Below are positions 19,568 to 30,359 of a DNA stretch of 64,000 bases, piece by piece. The position numbers were made by a program, and so were the translations under genes. The DNA lies in the NCBI GenBank assembly GCA_965215185.1, contig OZ244034.1:2528001-2592000 (forward strand). The letters run 5' to 3'. The notes below the pieces were generated by a model. That model was not told where the DNA came from. It saw nothing but the letters and a program-made list of their open reading frames with translations, and ran no database searches. The DNA comes from Acidimicrobiia bacterium. Its GTDB lineage: Bacteria; Actinomycetota; Acidimicrobiia; Spongiisociales; ZC4RG35. Each line of letters begins with the position of its first letter. The first letter of the stretch is position 1.

Positions 19568-21231
19568 GAACCGCTATCTGGATCGTCGCCCTGCTCCTGG
19601 TGCTGGGGGGCGCGGCTGCCTGTGGCTCTGGGGATCCTTCTTCATCCACATCCTCGTCGGCTACCGAAGCCGATATGGCTCAACCGCCCGATACCACCGC
19701 GTTGTCGTCTGTCACCTCCACCATGGCCGCCACCACACTTGCTCCGACTACCACCACCATCGTCGCTCCAAACAGCGCCAGCGGCCCCGGGGAGCCCCCC
19801 TCTTTGTGGGAAAGGCTCCGGGAGTCGGGAGGAGAGGGGATAGGAGACTCCTTGTACCCGAGGCTCGGAGGCTCTGGCTACGACGTGGAGCGTTACAGGA
19901 TCGAAATGCTCTACGATCCGACCAGCCGACAGATATCGGGTACCTCCACTATCTCCGCGATGGCCACCGGCGACCTGGATCTGTTCAGCCTGGACTTCTT
20001 TGGTCTGGAGGCCCGCAGAGTGAGCATCAACGGCCTGGAAGCGGACTACCAACAGGTTGCTGAAGAACTGATCATCGATCCTCCGCAGATGTTCCAGGAT
20101 GGAGATCCTTTGAACGTGGTGATCGTTTATGAAGGGGTGGTGACTGCTCGACCGGCCCAGGCCATTCAGGGTATTACCGCCGGGGGCCACTGGGCAGCGG
20201 ACGGGGAGACCTTCTTTGCGCTCAATGAACCGGATGGATCTGCAGCTTGGGCGCCATTCAACGACCATCCACTTGACAAGGCTCTGGTCACCCTGGAAGT
20301 GGGAGTTCCCGTCGGTTGGACCGCGGTGTCCGGCGGGAGGCTAGAGGATTACCGGGAAGAGGGGCAAACGGCTGTTTACACATGGTCGATGGAACATCCC
20401 GTCGCTCCCTATCTGATTCCACTGGCCATCGGGCGTTTTTCCTCCCGGTCCGAGCCCGATTGGCTGGGCCTTGAGATCACTACCTGGTATCCGCAAGGCA
20501 TGGACACCGCCCTGCTCGAACCCATGTCTCGCCACGACGAGTACTTGCAGTTCCTGTCCAAAGTCTTCGGCCCCTATCCCTTCGAGTCGATAGGGGCACT
20601 GGTGGTGGAAGCAGGTGTAGGTTTGGCGTTGGAGCACCAAACCCTGCCCACATACGATCTCTCCGCGGTGTGGGACGGGGTGGTGATACATGAGTTGGCC
20701 CACCAGTGGTTCGGCGACTCCGTTTCGGTGGCAGATTGGAGCGACATCTGGCTCAACGAGGGACCGGCCACGTTGGCAGAGTGGCTGTGGACAGAAGAGA
20801 CCTCAGGAGTCGCCGCTTACGACCAGTTGGTGGCCGATAACTATCGGCTGTTCTCAGGCGAGCGTTTCGCCAATGACAGCGTTTCCGCAGAGCAGGCGGC
20901 AGCCGCCGCGATCGGGCGTTTCTATCCGCCAGGAATCCCGCTCGCCGATGACCTCTTCAATTATTCCGTTTATGCGCGGGGAGCGCTGGCATTGGTCGCG
21001 CTACGAGACGAAATGGGTGACGACCAGTTTCTCGGCATGCTCAGAAGCTGGCTCGACACGCATCGCTATGCAAACGCTTCAACCGCCGACTTTCTGTCGT
21101 TGACCGAGGAGACAGGGGGCCCGGCGGTTCGGCAGCTGGTGGAATCGTGGATTTATGATCCCCTCCCGCCGCCCATGCCCGACCGCGGACTCCACCCTTT
21201 GGAGCAAGAGGAGGGCTCCCAGGGGACATAG
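19564..21231 (+). CDS. M1-family aminopeptidase lipoprotein
   Basis: Lipobox-like AAAC, ALEHQT, HELAHQWFG..WLNEG and VYARGA motifs. Confidence 0.9.
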   Translation: MRTAIWIVALLLVLGGAAACGSGDPSSSTSSSATEADMAQPPDTTALSSVTSTMAATTLAPTTTTIVAPNSASGPGEPPSLWERLRESGGEGIGDSLYPRLGGSGYDVERYRIEMLYDPTSRQISGTSTISAMATGDLDLFSLDFFGLEARRVSINGLEADYQQVAEELIIDPPQMFQDGDPLNVVIVYEGVVTARPAQAIQGITAGGHWAADGETFFALNEPDGSAAWAPFNDHPLDKALVTLEVGVPVGWTAVSGGRLEDYREEGQTAVYTWSMEHPVAPYLIPLAIGRFSSRSEPDWLGLEITTWYPQGMDTALLEPMSRHDEYLQFLSKVFGPYPFESIGALVVEAGVGLALEHQTLPTYDLSAVWDGVVIHELAHQWFGDSVSVADWSDIWLNEGPATLAEWLWTEETSGVAAYDQLVADNYRLFSGERFANDSVSAEQAAAAAIGRFYPPGIPLADDLFNYSVYARGALALVALRDEMGDDQFLGMLRSWLDTHRYANASTADFLSLTEETGGPAVRQLVESWIYDPLPPPMPDRGLHPLEQEEGSQGT

Positions 21232-21460
21232 AAGCTGGCTTCGAGGCGGAAAGTACATCCTGCCGGCTGCCGAAAGCTACCGCCCCGGATTTCGACAAGG
21301 ATGAAATGGGCGCCCCACTTCTTCCTTACCTGTAGCGAGAACGCAGTTGCGAACTGGGCGGGTCAGCTTCTGCGCTCAAGGCCACGAGCCTTCTGTCGTG
21401 AGGGTTCTTTGGTTTCTCCAAGTTTGACAGAACTCCTGGTAAAACACGCCCCCCCCCAGT

Positions 21461-21489
21461 TTGGCCATATGCGCATATTCGTATATAGT
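21461..21489 (+). promoter_or_regulatory. Putative arg operon promoter with overlapping degenerate ARG box
   Basis: TTGGCC-17 bp-TATAGT; AT-rich spacer CATATGCGCATATTCGTAT loosely resembles ArgR boxes. Confidence 0.5.
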
Positions 21490-21517
21490 GGTGCCGACCC
21501 GAAAGGAACAGCATCGG

Positions 21518-22540
21518 ATGACATTCAAAGCAGCAGTGATCGGCGCCTCGGGGTATGCCGGTGGGGAGTTGATCAGGTTGTTGGACGCTCACCCGGCCTT
21601 CGATCTGATATGGCTGGGCGCCCATTCCCGGGCGGGAGAAACGTTGCGGGAGGTGCATCCCCACTTGTCCGGGGGTGATCGGCGACTGTCGGCCACTGAA
21701 CTCGGGACCATCCCGTCGGTAGATGCGGCCTTTCTGGCCTTGCCGCACGGGGCTTCGTACCGGTTGGGACACGACTTGGCGGAACGGGGCGCTGCCGTAT
21801 TCGACTTGGGGTCGGACTACCGTTTCGACACCGAAGCTCGCTATGAGACGGCCTACGGCGCCTCTCATCCCGCCGGACACCGGTTGGGGGAGTGGCGCTA
21901 TGGCCTTCCGGAATTGTTCGGCCTGGAAGGAGCTCGTCGAGTGGCTCTTCCGGGCTGTTATCCCACCGCGGTGTTGCTGGCGGCAGTTCCGCTGTTGGCA
22001 GGGGGTTTGACCACCGGTCCGGTAGTGGCAGACTGCCTTTCGGGCGCGTCGGGAGCGGGTCGGTCACTGCGTGCGGACCTGCTGTTCGGGCAAGTGGCGG
22101 AGGGAGCGCGGGCCTATGGGATCGGCGCCCATCGGCACCGTCCTGAGATCGAAATGGGATTGGAGATGGCTGGTGTTTCCTCCCGTGTCACCTTTACTCC
22201 CCATCTGCTTCCCATCCAGCGGGGGTTGCTGGCCACGGTGACCATGCCGGCTGCCGACGCCTCTGTGGAGCGGGAAGATCTGTTGGGCGTGATGGCCAAG
22301 ATGTATGAGGGCCGCCCGCTGGTGGAAGTGGTGGATCCTCCACCCCAGACCCGGTGGGTGGCGGGCTCCAGCCGGGCAATGGTTACCGCCTTCGTGGATC
22401 CCCACACCGGGATGGTGATCGCGCAGGCAGCGTTGGATAACCTCTTGAAGGGAGCTGCCGGCCAGGCTGTTCAGGCCGCCAACCTGGTGTTCGACCTGGA
22501 GGAGGCAAACGGCTTGGATACAACGGGATGGATGCCATGA
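21518..22540 (+). CDS. argC: N-acetyl-gamma-glutamyl-phosphate reductase
   Basis: GASGYAGGEL, PGCYPT and DNLLKGAAGQAVQ motifs. Confidence 0.96.
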   Translation: MTFKAAVIGASGYAGGELIRLLDAHPAFDLIWLGAHSRAGETLREVHPHLSGGDRRLSATELGTIPSVDAAFLALPHGASYRLGHDLAERGAAVFDLGSDYRFDTEARYETAYGASHPAGHRLGEWRYGLPELFGLEGARRVALPGCYPTAVLLAAVPLLAGGLTTGPVVADCLSGASGAGRSLRADLLFGQVAEGARAYGIGAHRHRPEIEMGLEMAGVSSRVTFTPHLLPIQRGLLATVTMPAADASVEREDLLGVMAKMYEGRPLVEVVDPPPQTRWVAGSSRAMVTAFVDPHTGMVIAQAALDNLLKGAAGQAVQAANLVFDLEEANGLDTTGWMP

Positions 22541-23703
22541 GCGTTACGTTTCCTAAAGGCTTTTCGGCGTCGTCCACGGCGGCAGGGATAAAGGCCTCCG
22601 GCGCGCCGGACCTCAGTTTGGTGATGGCTGCAGAGGCGGTTCCCACCGCCGCAGTGTTCACCCAGAACGCCGTGGCCGCGCCCCCGGTGCATCTTTCCCG
22701 ACGCCACATCGAGATATCGGGAGGCCGAATCCGAGGGGTAATCCTCAACTCGGGTTGCGCCAATGCCGCCACAGGTGAGCAAGGCGCCCGATCTGCCCAC
22801 CAAATGGCCGAGGCGCTATCCAAAGCGGTGGGTTGTCTGGCCAAAGAAGTGCTGGTGTGCTCGACCGGACCTATCGGCCCGCATTTGCCCATGGACAAGA
22901 TCGTCCCCGCGGTTTCGTTACTAGCTGCCAGGGCGGACACCACCCCGGCGGCGGGAAGGGCAGCCGCTGAAGGGATCCTTACCACGGACACTTTCCGCAA
23001 GGAGGCGACATCAGCCGCCCCCGAGGGGTTCCGGGTGGGTGGCATGGCTAAAGGAGCAGGGATGATTCGCCCGAGCATGGCCACCATGCTGGCGGTGGTC
23101 ACCACAGACGCCGTCGCCTCTCCCGATATGCTCGGCGAGGCCCTCCGCCAGGCAGTGGACGCAACTTTCAACAGCATCAACATTGATGGGTGTGAGTCCA
23201 CCAACGACACCCTGATTCTCATGGCCTCCGGGGCTTCAGGGGTGTGCCCGTCTGTGGAGGAATTGACCCGGGGAGTCCGGTCGGTTTGCGCCCGGCTGGC
23301 TCGCGACATCGTGGTGGACGCAGAGGAATCCACCAGAGTGGTGACGATCCGCATCAGCGGTGCTTCGGACGACGTTTCCGCCCGCCGCATGGGGATGGCC
23401 ATAGCCGACTCCGACCTGGTGCGCTGTTCTTTTTACGGAGGTGACCCCAACTGGGGAAGGTTGGTAGCGGCGCTGGGCGCCTGCGGAGAGTGGGTGGACG
23501 CCTCCCGGATTGCCATCACCTACCAGGGAGTGCCGGTGGCTTCGGGCGGGATGTTCACGGGAGTGAACTTGGAGGCGGTGAAAGCAGTGCTGGTGGGCAA
23601 TTTCGAGGTGAAGATTTCGGTGGGGGAGGGCCCGGGCTCCGCCGAGATTCTCACTTGCGATCTCACCCCGGGCTATGTGACTTACAACGGAGAACCATCA
23701 TGA
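22537..23703 (+). CDS. argJ: Glutamate N-acetyltransferase (ornithine acetyltransferase)
   Basis: NSGCANAATG, AKGAGMI.P.MATML, STND and DPNWGR motifs. Confidence 0.96.
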   Translation: MSVTFPKGFSASSTAAGIKASGAPDLSLVMAAEAVPTAAVFTQNAVAAPPVHLSRRHIEISGGRIRGVILNSGCANAATGEQGARSAHQMAEALSKAVGCLAKEVLVCSTGPIGPHLPMDKIVPAVSLLAARADTTPAAGRAAAEGILTTDTFRKEATSAAPEGFRVGGMAKGAGMIRPSMATMLAVVTTDAVASPDMLGEALRQAVDATFNSINIDGCESTNDTLILMASGASGVCPSVEELTRGVRSVCARLARDIVVDAEESTRVVTIRISGASDDVSARRMGMAIADSDLVRCSFYGGDPNWGRLVAALGACGEWVDASRIAITYQGVPVASGGMFTGVNLEAVKAVLVGNFEVKISVGEGPGSAEILTCDLTPGYVTYNGEPS

Positions 23704-24605
23704 CCACCGGCCACAGTCCTCCCACTCGGCTCAAGCCCCGGATCGCCAGTTCGATGGGGAAGGCGGCCATCCTGATGGAAGCTCTTCCTTACATCCGCCG
23801 TTTTTCCGGTACCACCGTGGTGGTGAAATACGGCGGTTCGGCGATGGATGACCCCACCTTCGCCCAGTCTTTCGCCAGGGATGTGGCCCTTCTTTCCCAA
23901 GTGGGGATCAAGATAGTGGTGGTCCATGGCGGCGGGCCGCAGATCACCGCGGCGATGAACAGGGAGGGGATAGCTCCCACCTGGGTGGAGGGACTGCGGG
24001 TGACGCATTCTCGAACTATGGAGGTGGTGCGGAGGGTGCTGGGTGGAGAGGTCAACGGAGAGATAACCCGCCTTTTGGTAGCCAACGGGGCTATGGCGGT
24101 CGGGGTGAACGGGGTGGATGCGGGTATGTTCTCCTGTCGGCAACTGGACAGCCGCCTGGGGAGGGTGGGCGATCTCGTCGACGTGAACCCTGCTTTAGTG
24201 AATCGTCTCTTGGACGGTGGAATGACGCCGGTGGTGGCACCACTGGGTGTGGGCCAGGACGGCGAGGTTTACAACCTGAACGCCGACACGGTGGCCGGCG
24301 CCCTGGCCGCGGGCCTGGATGCGCAGAAGCTGGTATTCCTCACTGATGTGGAGGGGGTCTATCGCAATGCTGAAGACTCGGGCTCCCTCATCTCCAAGAT
24401 GACCTTGACAGAGTTGGCTTTCAGCGTCGACCGGTACCGGGGCGGGATGCTTCCCAAGTTGCGGGCCGTGGTCCAAGCCATGAAGGGCGGCGTCTCCCAA
24501 TCCCATATTCTGGACGGGCGAATCCAACATGCCCTACTGCTGGAGATGTTCACCCCCGAGGGAATCGGGACCATGATCGTTCATCAGGAAGGGGAACGGC
24601 AGTGA
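23700..24605 (+). CDS. argB: Acetylglutamate kinase
   Basis: VVKYGG, VHGGGP, NLNAD and GGMLPKL motifs. Confidence 0.96.
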   Translation: MTTGHSPPTRLKPRIASSMGKAAILMEALPYIRRFSGTTVVVKYGGSAMDDPTFAQSFARDVALLSQVGIKIVVVHGGGPQITAAMNREGIAPTWVEGLRVTHSRTMEVVRRVLGGEVNGEITRLLVANGAMAVGVNGVDAGMFSCRQLDSRLGRVGDLVDVNPALVNRLLDGGMTPVVAPLGVGQDGEVYNLNADTVAGALAAGLDAQKLVFLTDVEGVYRNAEDSGSLISKMTLTELAFSVDRYRGGMLPKLRAVVQAMKGGVSQSHILDGRIQHALLLEMFTPEGIGTMIVHQEGERQ

Positions 24606-25792
24606 AATCTTGGATCGAAGCCGCCGACCGGACGCTGATCCCCGCCTATGGGCGAACACCGGTGATCTTCACCCGGGGTGAAGGCGTCTGGCTCTACGAC
24701 CGGGAGGGAAAGTCATATCTGGACTGTTTGACCGGCTTGGCGGTGGTGGCGGTCGGACATGCCAATCCCCGGGTGGCAGCAGCCGCCGGCGTCCAACTCT
24801 CACAGCTCGTGCATGTCTCCAACCTGTTCTACAACGAACCGATGGTGGCCTTGGCCGCCCGGCTGACGGAGCTTTCCGGACTGGAACGGGTGTTCTTCGC
24901 CAACTGCGGTGCCACCGCCAACGAGACAGCTATCAAGCTGGCCCGCCGGTTCGCCCAAGAAAAGCACGGAGCGCATCGCTACGAGGTGGTTTCCCTACTT
25001 GACTCCTTCCACGGCCGCACCCTCGCCACTTTGGCCGCCACCGGCCAGCCGGGGAAGCAACAGACCTTCGAACCCCTGCCACCCGGGTTTCGCCAGGTCC
25101 CCCAAGGGGACATCGACGCGCTGGGAGAGGCGGTCAACGACCGCACCGCGGCAGTCCTGATGGAGACCACTCAAGGGGAGGGGGGCGTGGTTCCCCTTCC
25201 GGCCCGCTACCTGCAGGAGGTTCGGCGGATGTGTGATCGCCGGGGCGTCCTGATGATCATCGACGACATCCAGGCGGGGATGGGCCGCACCGGGCACCTG
25301 TTTTCCTGGCAAGGCTTGGGGTTTGAACCGGACATAGCCACGGTGGCCAAGGCAATGGCAAACGGCCTGGCAATGGGCGCCTGCCTGGCGCGGGAGGAGA
25401 TCGCCATCGCCTTCCGGCCCGGCGATCACGGCACCACCTTCGGCGGCGGGCCGGTTCCCTGCGCGGCGGCCTTGGCGGTTTTGGACGAGATCTACGAACG
25501 TGACCTGTTGGCCAACTGCCGGGCGAGGTCGCTCCAGTTCGTCGAAGGCTTGAGCGCACTCCCAGGCGTTGCCGGGGTGCGGGGCCGAGGATTGCTGCTG
25601 GCGGCGATACTGGAGGGAGAGTGGGCGGCGGCGGCCACCCGCCGTGCGCTGGAACTCGGTCTGGTAGTCAACAACGTGCGACCAAATGCGGTGCGTTTCG
25701 CTCCGCCACTCACGATTACTCCCGAGGAGACGACCGAAGCGATATCCCGGTTTGCCGCCGCCCTGTCGGATTCGGTCTGCGCGGAGGCTTGA
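24602..25792 (+). CDS. argD: Acetylornithine aminotransferase
   Basis: SFHGRT, QGEGGV, DDIQAGMGRTG, AKAMANG and HGTTFGG motifs. Confidence 0.95.
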   Translation: MKSWIEAADRTLIPAYGRTPVIFTRGEGVWLYDREGKSYLDCLTGLAVVAVGHANPRVAAAAGVQLSQLVHVSNLFYNEPMVALAARLTELSGLERVFFANCGATANETAIKLARRFAQEKHGAHRYEVVSLLDSFHGRTLATLAATGQPGKQQTFEPLPPGFRQVPQGDIDALGEAVNDRTAAVLMETTQGEGGVVPLPARYLQEVRRMCDRRGVLMIIDDIQAGMGRTGHLFSWQGLGFEPDIATVAKAMANGLAMGACLAREEIAIAFRPGDHGTTFGGGPVPCAAALAVLDEIYERDLLANCRARSLQFVEGLSALPGVAGVRGRGLLLAAILEGEWAAAATRRALELGLVVNNVRPNAVRFAPPLTITPEETTEAISRFAAALSDSVCAEA

Positions 25793-25793
25793 G

Positions 25794-26270
25794 ATGGGTT
25801 CGGCCGGCGCCCGTCGGCGGGCATTACGCAAGCTGTTGGCTCGGGGAAACGCGGCGGAACAAGCGGAGTTAGTCAAAGAACTGGCTGCGGAGGGCTATTT
25901 GGTCAGCCAGTCCACCATCTCGCGGGATCTGCGTTACCTGGGGGTGGTCAAAGACGGCCAGGGTCGATATCGACTGACCGCGCCCGACCCCAAACCCGAC
26001 CAGTTCATAGACCCGGGGCGGAGGTTGAGCAAGGTGATCAACTCCTATGCGATCTCCATCGAGGCCTCGGCCAACCTGGTGGTGGTGAAAACCTTTCCGG
26101 GAGCCGCCTCCTGGGTAGCCTCGGCCGTGGATGCCGCCTTGGTGACCGGAGAGGTCGGAAGTGTTCTGGGCACCGTGGCTGGCGACGACACCGTTTTGGT
26201 GGTGACAGCTCAGCCCACCGACGGCCAGCATGTTAAGAAACGACTGGAGCGAATAGGGGAGATGGTATGA
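25794..26270 (+). CDS. argR: Arginine repressor
   Basis: SQSTISRDL and GTVAGDDT motifs. Confidence 0.95.
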   Translation: MGSAGARRRALRKLLARGNAAEQAELVKELAAEGYLVSQSTISRDLRYLGVVKDGQGRYRLTAPDPKPDQFIDPGRRLSKVINSYAISIEASANLVVVKTFPGAASWVASAVDAALVTGEVGSVLGTVAGDDTVLVVTAQPTDGQHVKKRLERIGEMV

Positions 26271-27472
26271 CCAGAGTCGTGCTTGCCTACTCGGGCGGCC
26301 TTGACACCTCGGTGATTCTGGCCTGGCTCAGAGAAGTTCATGGAGCGGAGGTGATCGCCTATACCGCCGACGTCGGCCAGGGCGAAGAAGTGGCCGAGGC
26401 GCGCCAAAAGGCGCTCGACACCGGAGCGATCGAAGCGGTCGTTTCGGATCTACGGCACGAGTTCGTCACCGAGGCGGTCTTCCCGGCCTTTCGGGCCGGG
26501 GCCCTCTATGAGGGCTACTACCTGTTGGGCACCTCCCTGGCCCGGCCCATTATCACCCAGGGCATGATCGAAGTGGCCCGGCGGTTCGGCGCCGACGCCA
26601 TCTCCCACGGCGCCACCGGCAAAGGAAATGACCAGGTGCGCTTCGAGTTGTCCGCTTATGCCCTGGAGCCCGACATCCGGGTGATCGCCCCGTGGAGGGA
26701 GTGGAATATGCGGGGACGGGCCGATTTGGTGGAATATGCCCGCCGGCGCGGCATCCCTGTGCCGGTCTCACCGGAAAAGCCTTATTCCACCGACGCCAAC
26801 CTCCTGCACATCTCCTATGAAGGAGGGATACTGGAAGATCCCTGGGCCTCTCCACCTCAGAACATGTTCGCCCTCACGATCGATCCCCAGCTGGCGCCTG
26901 ATCAACCCGAGGAGGTGACCATCGCCCTCGAGAAAGGGGACCCGGTGGCCGTGAATGGACAACGGCTGGGGCCGGTGGAACTGTTGGAGGAACTGAACCG
27001 GTTGGGCGGGCGCCACGGAGTGGGCCGGGTCGACATAGTGGAGAACCGGTTCGTGGGGATCAAGAGCCGCGGCGTCTACGAGACGCCGGGGGGAACCCTC
27101 CTTTACCACGCCCAGCGGGCGGTGGAGTCGATCACTCTGGATCGCCAGGTGGCCCATCTTCGGGATGAGCTGTCTCCCCGGTATGCGGAAATGGTCTACA
27201 ACGGGTTTTGGTTCGCTCCGGAGCGATACGCCCTGCAGACGCTGTTTGACGAGACGGCACAGGCGGTCACCGGTGAGGCGCGGCTGCGCCTTTACAAGGG
27301 ATCGGCCACGGTGGTGGGTCGTCGTTCCCCCCAGAGCCTCTACGACCCCGAACGGGCTACCTTTGAGGAGGACGACGTGTATGACCAGGCCGATGCCGGA
27401 GGGTTCATTCGGGTCAACGCCCTGCGTCTGCGTCCTCCTTCCTCCCAAACACCGGGAGATGCCGCGTCGTGA
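26267..27472 (+). CDS. argG: Argininosuccinate synthase
   Basis: [23 protein letters not shown] and [10 protein letters not shown] motifs. Confidence 0.97.
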   Translation: MTRVVLAYSGGLDTSVILAWLREVHGAEVIAYTADVGQGEEVAEARQKALDTGAIEAVVSDLRHEFVTEAVFPAFRAGALYEGYYLLGTSLARPIITQGMIEVARRFGADAISHGATGKGNDQVRFELSAYALEPDIRVIAPWREWNMRGRADLVEYARRRGIPVPVSPEKPYSTDANLLHISYEGGILEDPWASPPQNMFALTIDPQLAPDQPEEVTIALEKGDPVAVNGQRLGPVELLEELNRLGGRHGVGRVDIVENRFVGIKSRGVYETPGGTLLYHAQRAVESITLDRQVAHLRDELSPRYAEMVYNGFWFAPERYALQTLFDETAQAVTGEARLRLYKGSATVVGRRSPQSLYDPERATFEEDDVYDQADAGGFIRVNALRLRPPSSQTPGDAAS

Positions 27473-28839
27473 CGCTTTGGGAAGGTCGGCTAGCAGGCGT
27501 TCCCGCCTCCGCAATGTGGGACTTCACCGTCTCGACCTCCGATCGACGGCTACTCCTTGACGACATCGAGGGGTCCCTGGCCCATGTGGGCATGCTCGGA
27601 GACGTGGGGATACTGTCGGAAACGGAGACCTCCACCATCACCGGGGGACTTCAAGTTATCGCCGAAGAGGCTCGGGCCGGGGCCTTTGCCTTCTCCGATA
27701 CCGATGAGGATGTGCATTCGGCGGTGGAACGCCGCCTGATCGAGTTGGTGGGACCGGTGGGAGGAAAGCTCCACACCGGACGGTCCCGCAACGACCAGGT
27801 TGCTTTGGACCTCGTACTGTACATGCGACGCGGCGCCCTCGGTCATGTCCGAGGGCTGGCTCGTCTGGCGTTGGTGCTGGTGGACGTCGCCTCGCAGATG
27901 GGCCCCGAGGTGGTGGTCCCCTCCTATACCCACCTTCAGCAGGCCCAGCCCACGCTCTTTGCCCATCACCTTTTGGCCTACGCGCAAATGACGGCCCGGG
28001 ATCGGAGTCGGTTCCTGGACTTGATGGCCCGGTTGGACTGCTCTCCCCTGGGAGCGGGCGCCTCGGCTGGATCATCCCTTCCCCTCTCCCCGGCAAAAAG
28101 CGCCGCCCGGCTGGGTATGTCCAAGTCCTTCGCCAATTCTCTGGAAGCTGTTGGCTCCCGGGACCGCGCCGCCGAGTACGTGTGGTGTTGCGCCCGCGCC
28201 ATGGTTTCCCTCTCCCGCTTGGGAGAGGATCTGGTGATATGGTCCACAAGGGAGTTCGGGTGGGTGACTTTGGCCGATGAGTTCGCCACCGGCTCTTCAG
28301 CGTTGCCTCAGAAAAAGAATCCCGATGTGGCGGAACTCGTGCGGGGAAAGGCTGCCGGCGCTATCGGGGCGCTAACCGCTATGATGGCGTTAGAAAAAGG
28401 TTTACCCATGTCATACAACCGTGACCTGCAAGAGGACAAGGAACATCTGTTCCGGGTGGACGACGACTTGGCTGGTGCCACCACCGCCTTGGCAGGGCTG
28501 ATAGCGTCAGCCCGGTTTCATCCGCCCCCGCCTGCTTCGGAGACGGCTGCTTTGGACTTGGCCGAGGCGTTGGTGGCAAGGGGAACTCCTTTTCGGGAGG
28601 CGCATCGGGTCACGGGAGAGGTGGCGGCCCGGTTGGTGTCACAGGGTCGGGACTTCGCGTCGCTCGCTTCCGATGAACTTACCGGGGCGCATCCCGGTTT
28701 CTTGGCGTCCGACCTGGATCTGTTGGATCCGGTCATCTCCGTGCAACGGAGAGCCACTCGGGGAGGGGGAAGCCCCGAAAGCGTTGCCGCCCAGATCGCC
28801 GCGTTACGCGGTGAACTCTTGGAAGAAGCCGTACCTTGA
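27469..28839 (+). CDS. argH: Argininosuccinate lyase
   Basis: [26 protein letters not shown] and YNRDLQEDK motifs. Confidence 0.96.
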   Translation: MTLWEGRLAGVPASAMWDFTVSTSDRRLLLDDIEGSLAHVGMLGDVGILSETETSTITGGLQVIAEEARAGAFAFSDTDEDVHSAVERRLIELVGPVGGKLHTGRSRNDQVALDLVLYMRRGALGHVRGLARLALVLVDVASQMGPEVVVPSYTHLQQAQPTLFAHHLLAYAQMTARDRSRFLDLMARLDCSPLGAGASAGSSLPLSPAKSAARLGMSKSFANSLEAVGSRDRAAEYVWCCARAMVSLSRLGEDLVIWSTREFGWVTLADEFATGSSALPQKKNPDVAELVRGKAAGAIGALTAMMALEKGLPMSYNRDLQEDKEHLFRVDDDLAGATTALAGLIASARFHPPPPASETAALDLAEALVARGTPFREAHRVTGEVAARLVSQGRDFASLASDELTGAHPGFLASDLDLLDPVISVQRRATRGGGSPESVAAQIAALRGELLEEAVP

Positions 28840-30359
28840 GCCAACCCAGCCTCGTCCGGCCCACTCGACCTCCGTTTTGGCGCAACGCCACCTTCCTGAA
28901 GTGGGCGGCGCAGATCGGAGTGCTCTTCGGGGTGGTGGTTCTGGGTTATGTGCTGATTGGCGAGGCAGCCGCCAACATGAAGGCGCAGGGACTCGCTCTG
29001 GATTGGGATCTCTTGACGGATCCCCCGGGCATCCAACTGGGAGAGGGGGTTTTCATTTTTCCCGAGACCGGGTTGGAGGTGTTCTATACCGGAGCGGTGA
29101 ATATGTTGAGGGTCGCCCTATCGGGAATCGCGGCGGCCACGGTGGTGGGGGTGGTGGTTGGTATAGCCCGGCTGTCCTCCAACTGGCTGGCGTCCCGGCT
29201 GGCTACGGCGTTCGTTGAGACGGTTCGCAACATTCCCGTCCTGGTGCAGGTGGTCTTCTGGTTCTTTCTCTCTTCCATTCTTTTTCCCACCCTGGAGGCG
29301 GATAGTTCGGGGCCGATCCCCGGAGTGCTGCTGGTCAGCCGTAAAGGCATTTCCTTCGCGTGGCCCTTCCCGCAGGAGACCTTTTGGCAGTGGGGGGCCT
29401 TCTTGGTGCTGGGTCTGCTGACCGCCCGGTGGATTTATCGCAGCCGGATGAGCCAAGCCGAGGAATTGGGGGAGGACACTCGGCCTCTCACCTGGGCGGT
29501 GGCGGCGCTGTTGGCTTGGGCATTGGTTGGCTGGTTCGCCCACCCACTTGCCGGGGCCATAGGATGGGTGTTCGGCCTATTGGCTGCTCTGGTGGGTTTC
29601 ATTCCGGTTTTGGCGTACCAGATGCTGTTGGCGTTGGTTGCCCTCTATCTGGGCTGGCGATGGATTCACCGGTTCTTGGAGTCCCGTCGCGGTCCCGGCG
29701 GCATGGCCAAACTCACCGACGACGATTACTTCCGGTTGGTGCTGGCGGGGCTCATGGGCGCTGGTGGAGCAGTGGCGCTGCTGTTGCTGCCGGCGGTCAC
29801 CGATTTGGGAGTCAGTGTCTTCCAGGGCCTTTTGGAGTTCTTTGATCAGAAGTTCGACTTCCTCCGCACCGGGGCGCCCGTAGTGATCGGGCAGCCATCG
29901 GTGGAACTGCCGGGCCGATTCCCGCAGATCGCCCCTTCCGGCATGACCATGACGCCCTCATTTTTCGGAATCTGGATGGGGGTGACTCTTTACACATCCG
30001 CGTTCATCGCCGAGATCGTCAGAGGCGGCATTCTTTCGGTGCCCAAGGGCCAGAGCGAGGCAGGATACTCCCTGGGTTTGAGGCGGGGGCAACTTCTCCG
30101 CATGGTCATCCTCCCACAGGCCTTCCGGGTGATTCTTCCTCCGCTGGGCAACCAATATCTGAATTTGTCCAAGAACACCTCGCTTGGGATCGCAGTGGCC
30201 TTCCCGGAGATGGTGCAGGTTGGCCAGACCATGTTCAATCAGACTGGCGACACTATCCAGGTGATCCTTTTGTGGATGGGGTTTTATCTGACCATCAGCA
30301 TTTTGATTTCTATGCTGATCAACTACTACAACCGACGCGCCCAACTGGTGGAGCGATAG
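28836..30359 (+). CDS. Amino-acid ABC transporter permease (AapQ-like)
   Basis: ARLSSNWL, RNIPVLVQ, AEIVRGGI..VPKGQ.EA and KNTSL motifs. Confidence 0.9.
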   Translation: MSQPSLVRPTRPPFWRNATFLKWAAQIGVLFGVVVLGYVLIGEAAANMKAQGLALDWDLLTDPPGIQLGEGVFIFPETGLEVFYTGAVNMLRVALSGIAAATVVGVVVGIARLSSNWLASRLATAFVETVRNIPVLVQVVFWFFLSSILFPTLEADSSGPIPGVLLVSRKGISFAWPFPQETFWQWGAFLVLGLLTARWIYRSRMSQAEELGEDTRPLTWAVAALLAWALVGWFAHPLAGAIGWVFGLLAALVGFIPVLAYQMLLALVALYLGWRWIHRFLESRRGPGGMAKLTDDDYFRLVLAGLMGAGGAVALLLLPAVTDLGVSVFQGLLEFFDQKFDFLRTGAPVVIGQPSVELPGRFPQIAPSGMTMTPSFFGIWMGVTLYTSAFIAEIVRGGILSVPKGQSEAGYSLGLRRGQLLRMVILPQAFRVILPPLGNQYLNLSKNTSLGIAVAFPEMVQVGQTMFNQTGDTIQVILLWMGFYLTISILISMLINYYNRRAQLVER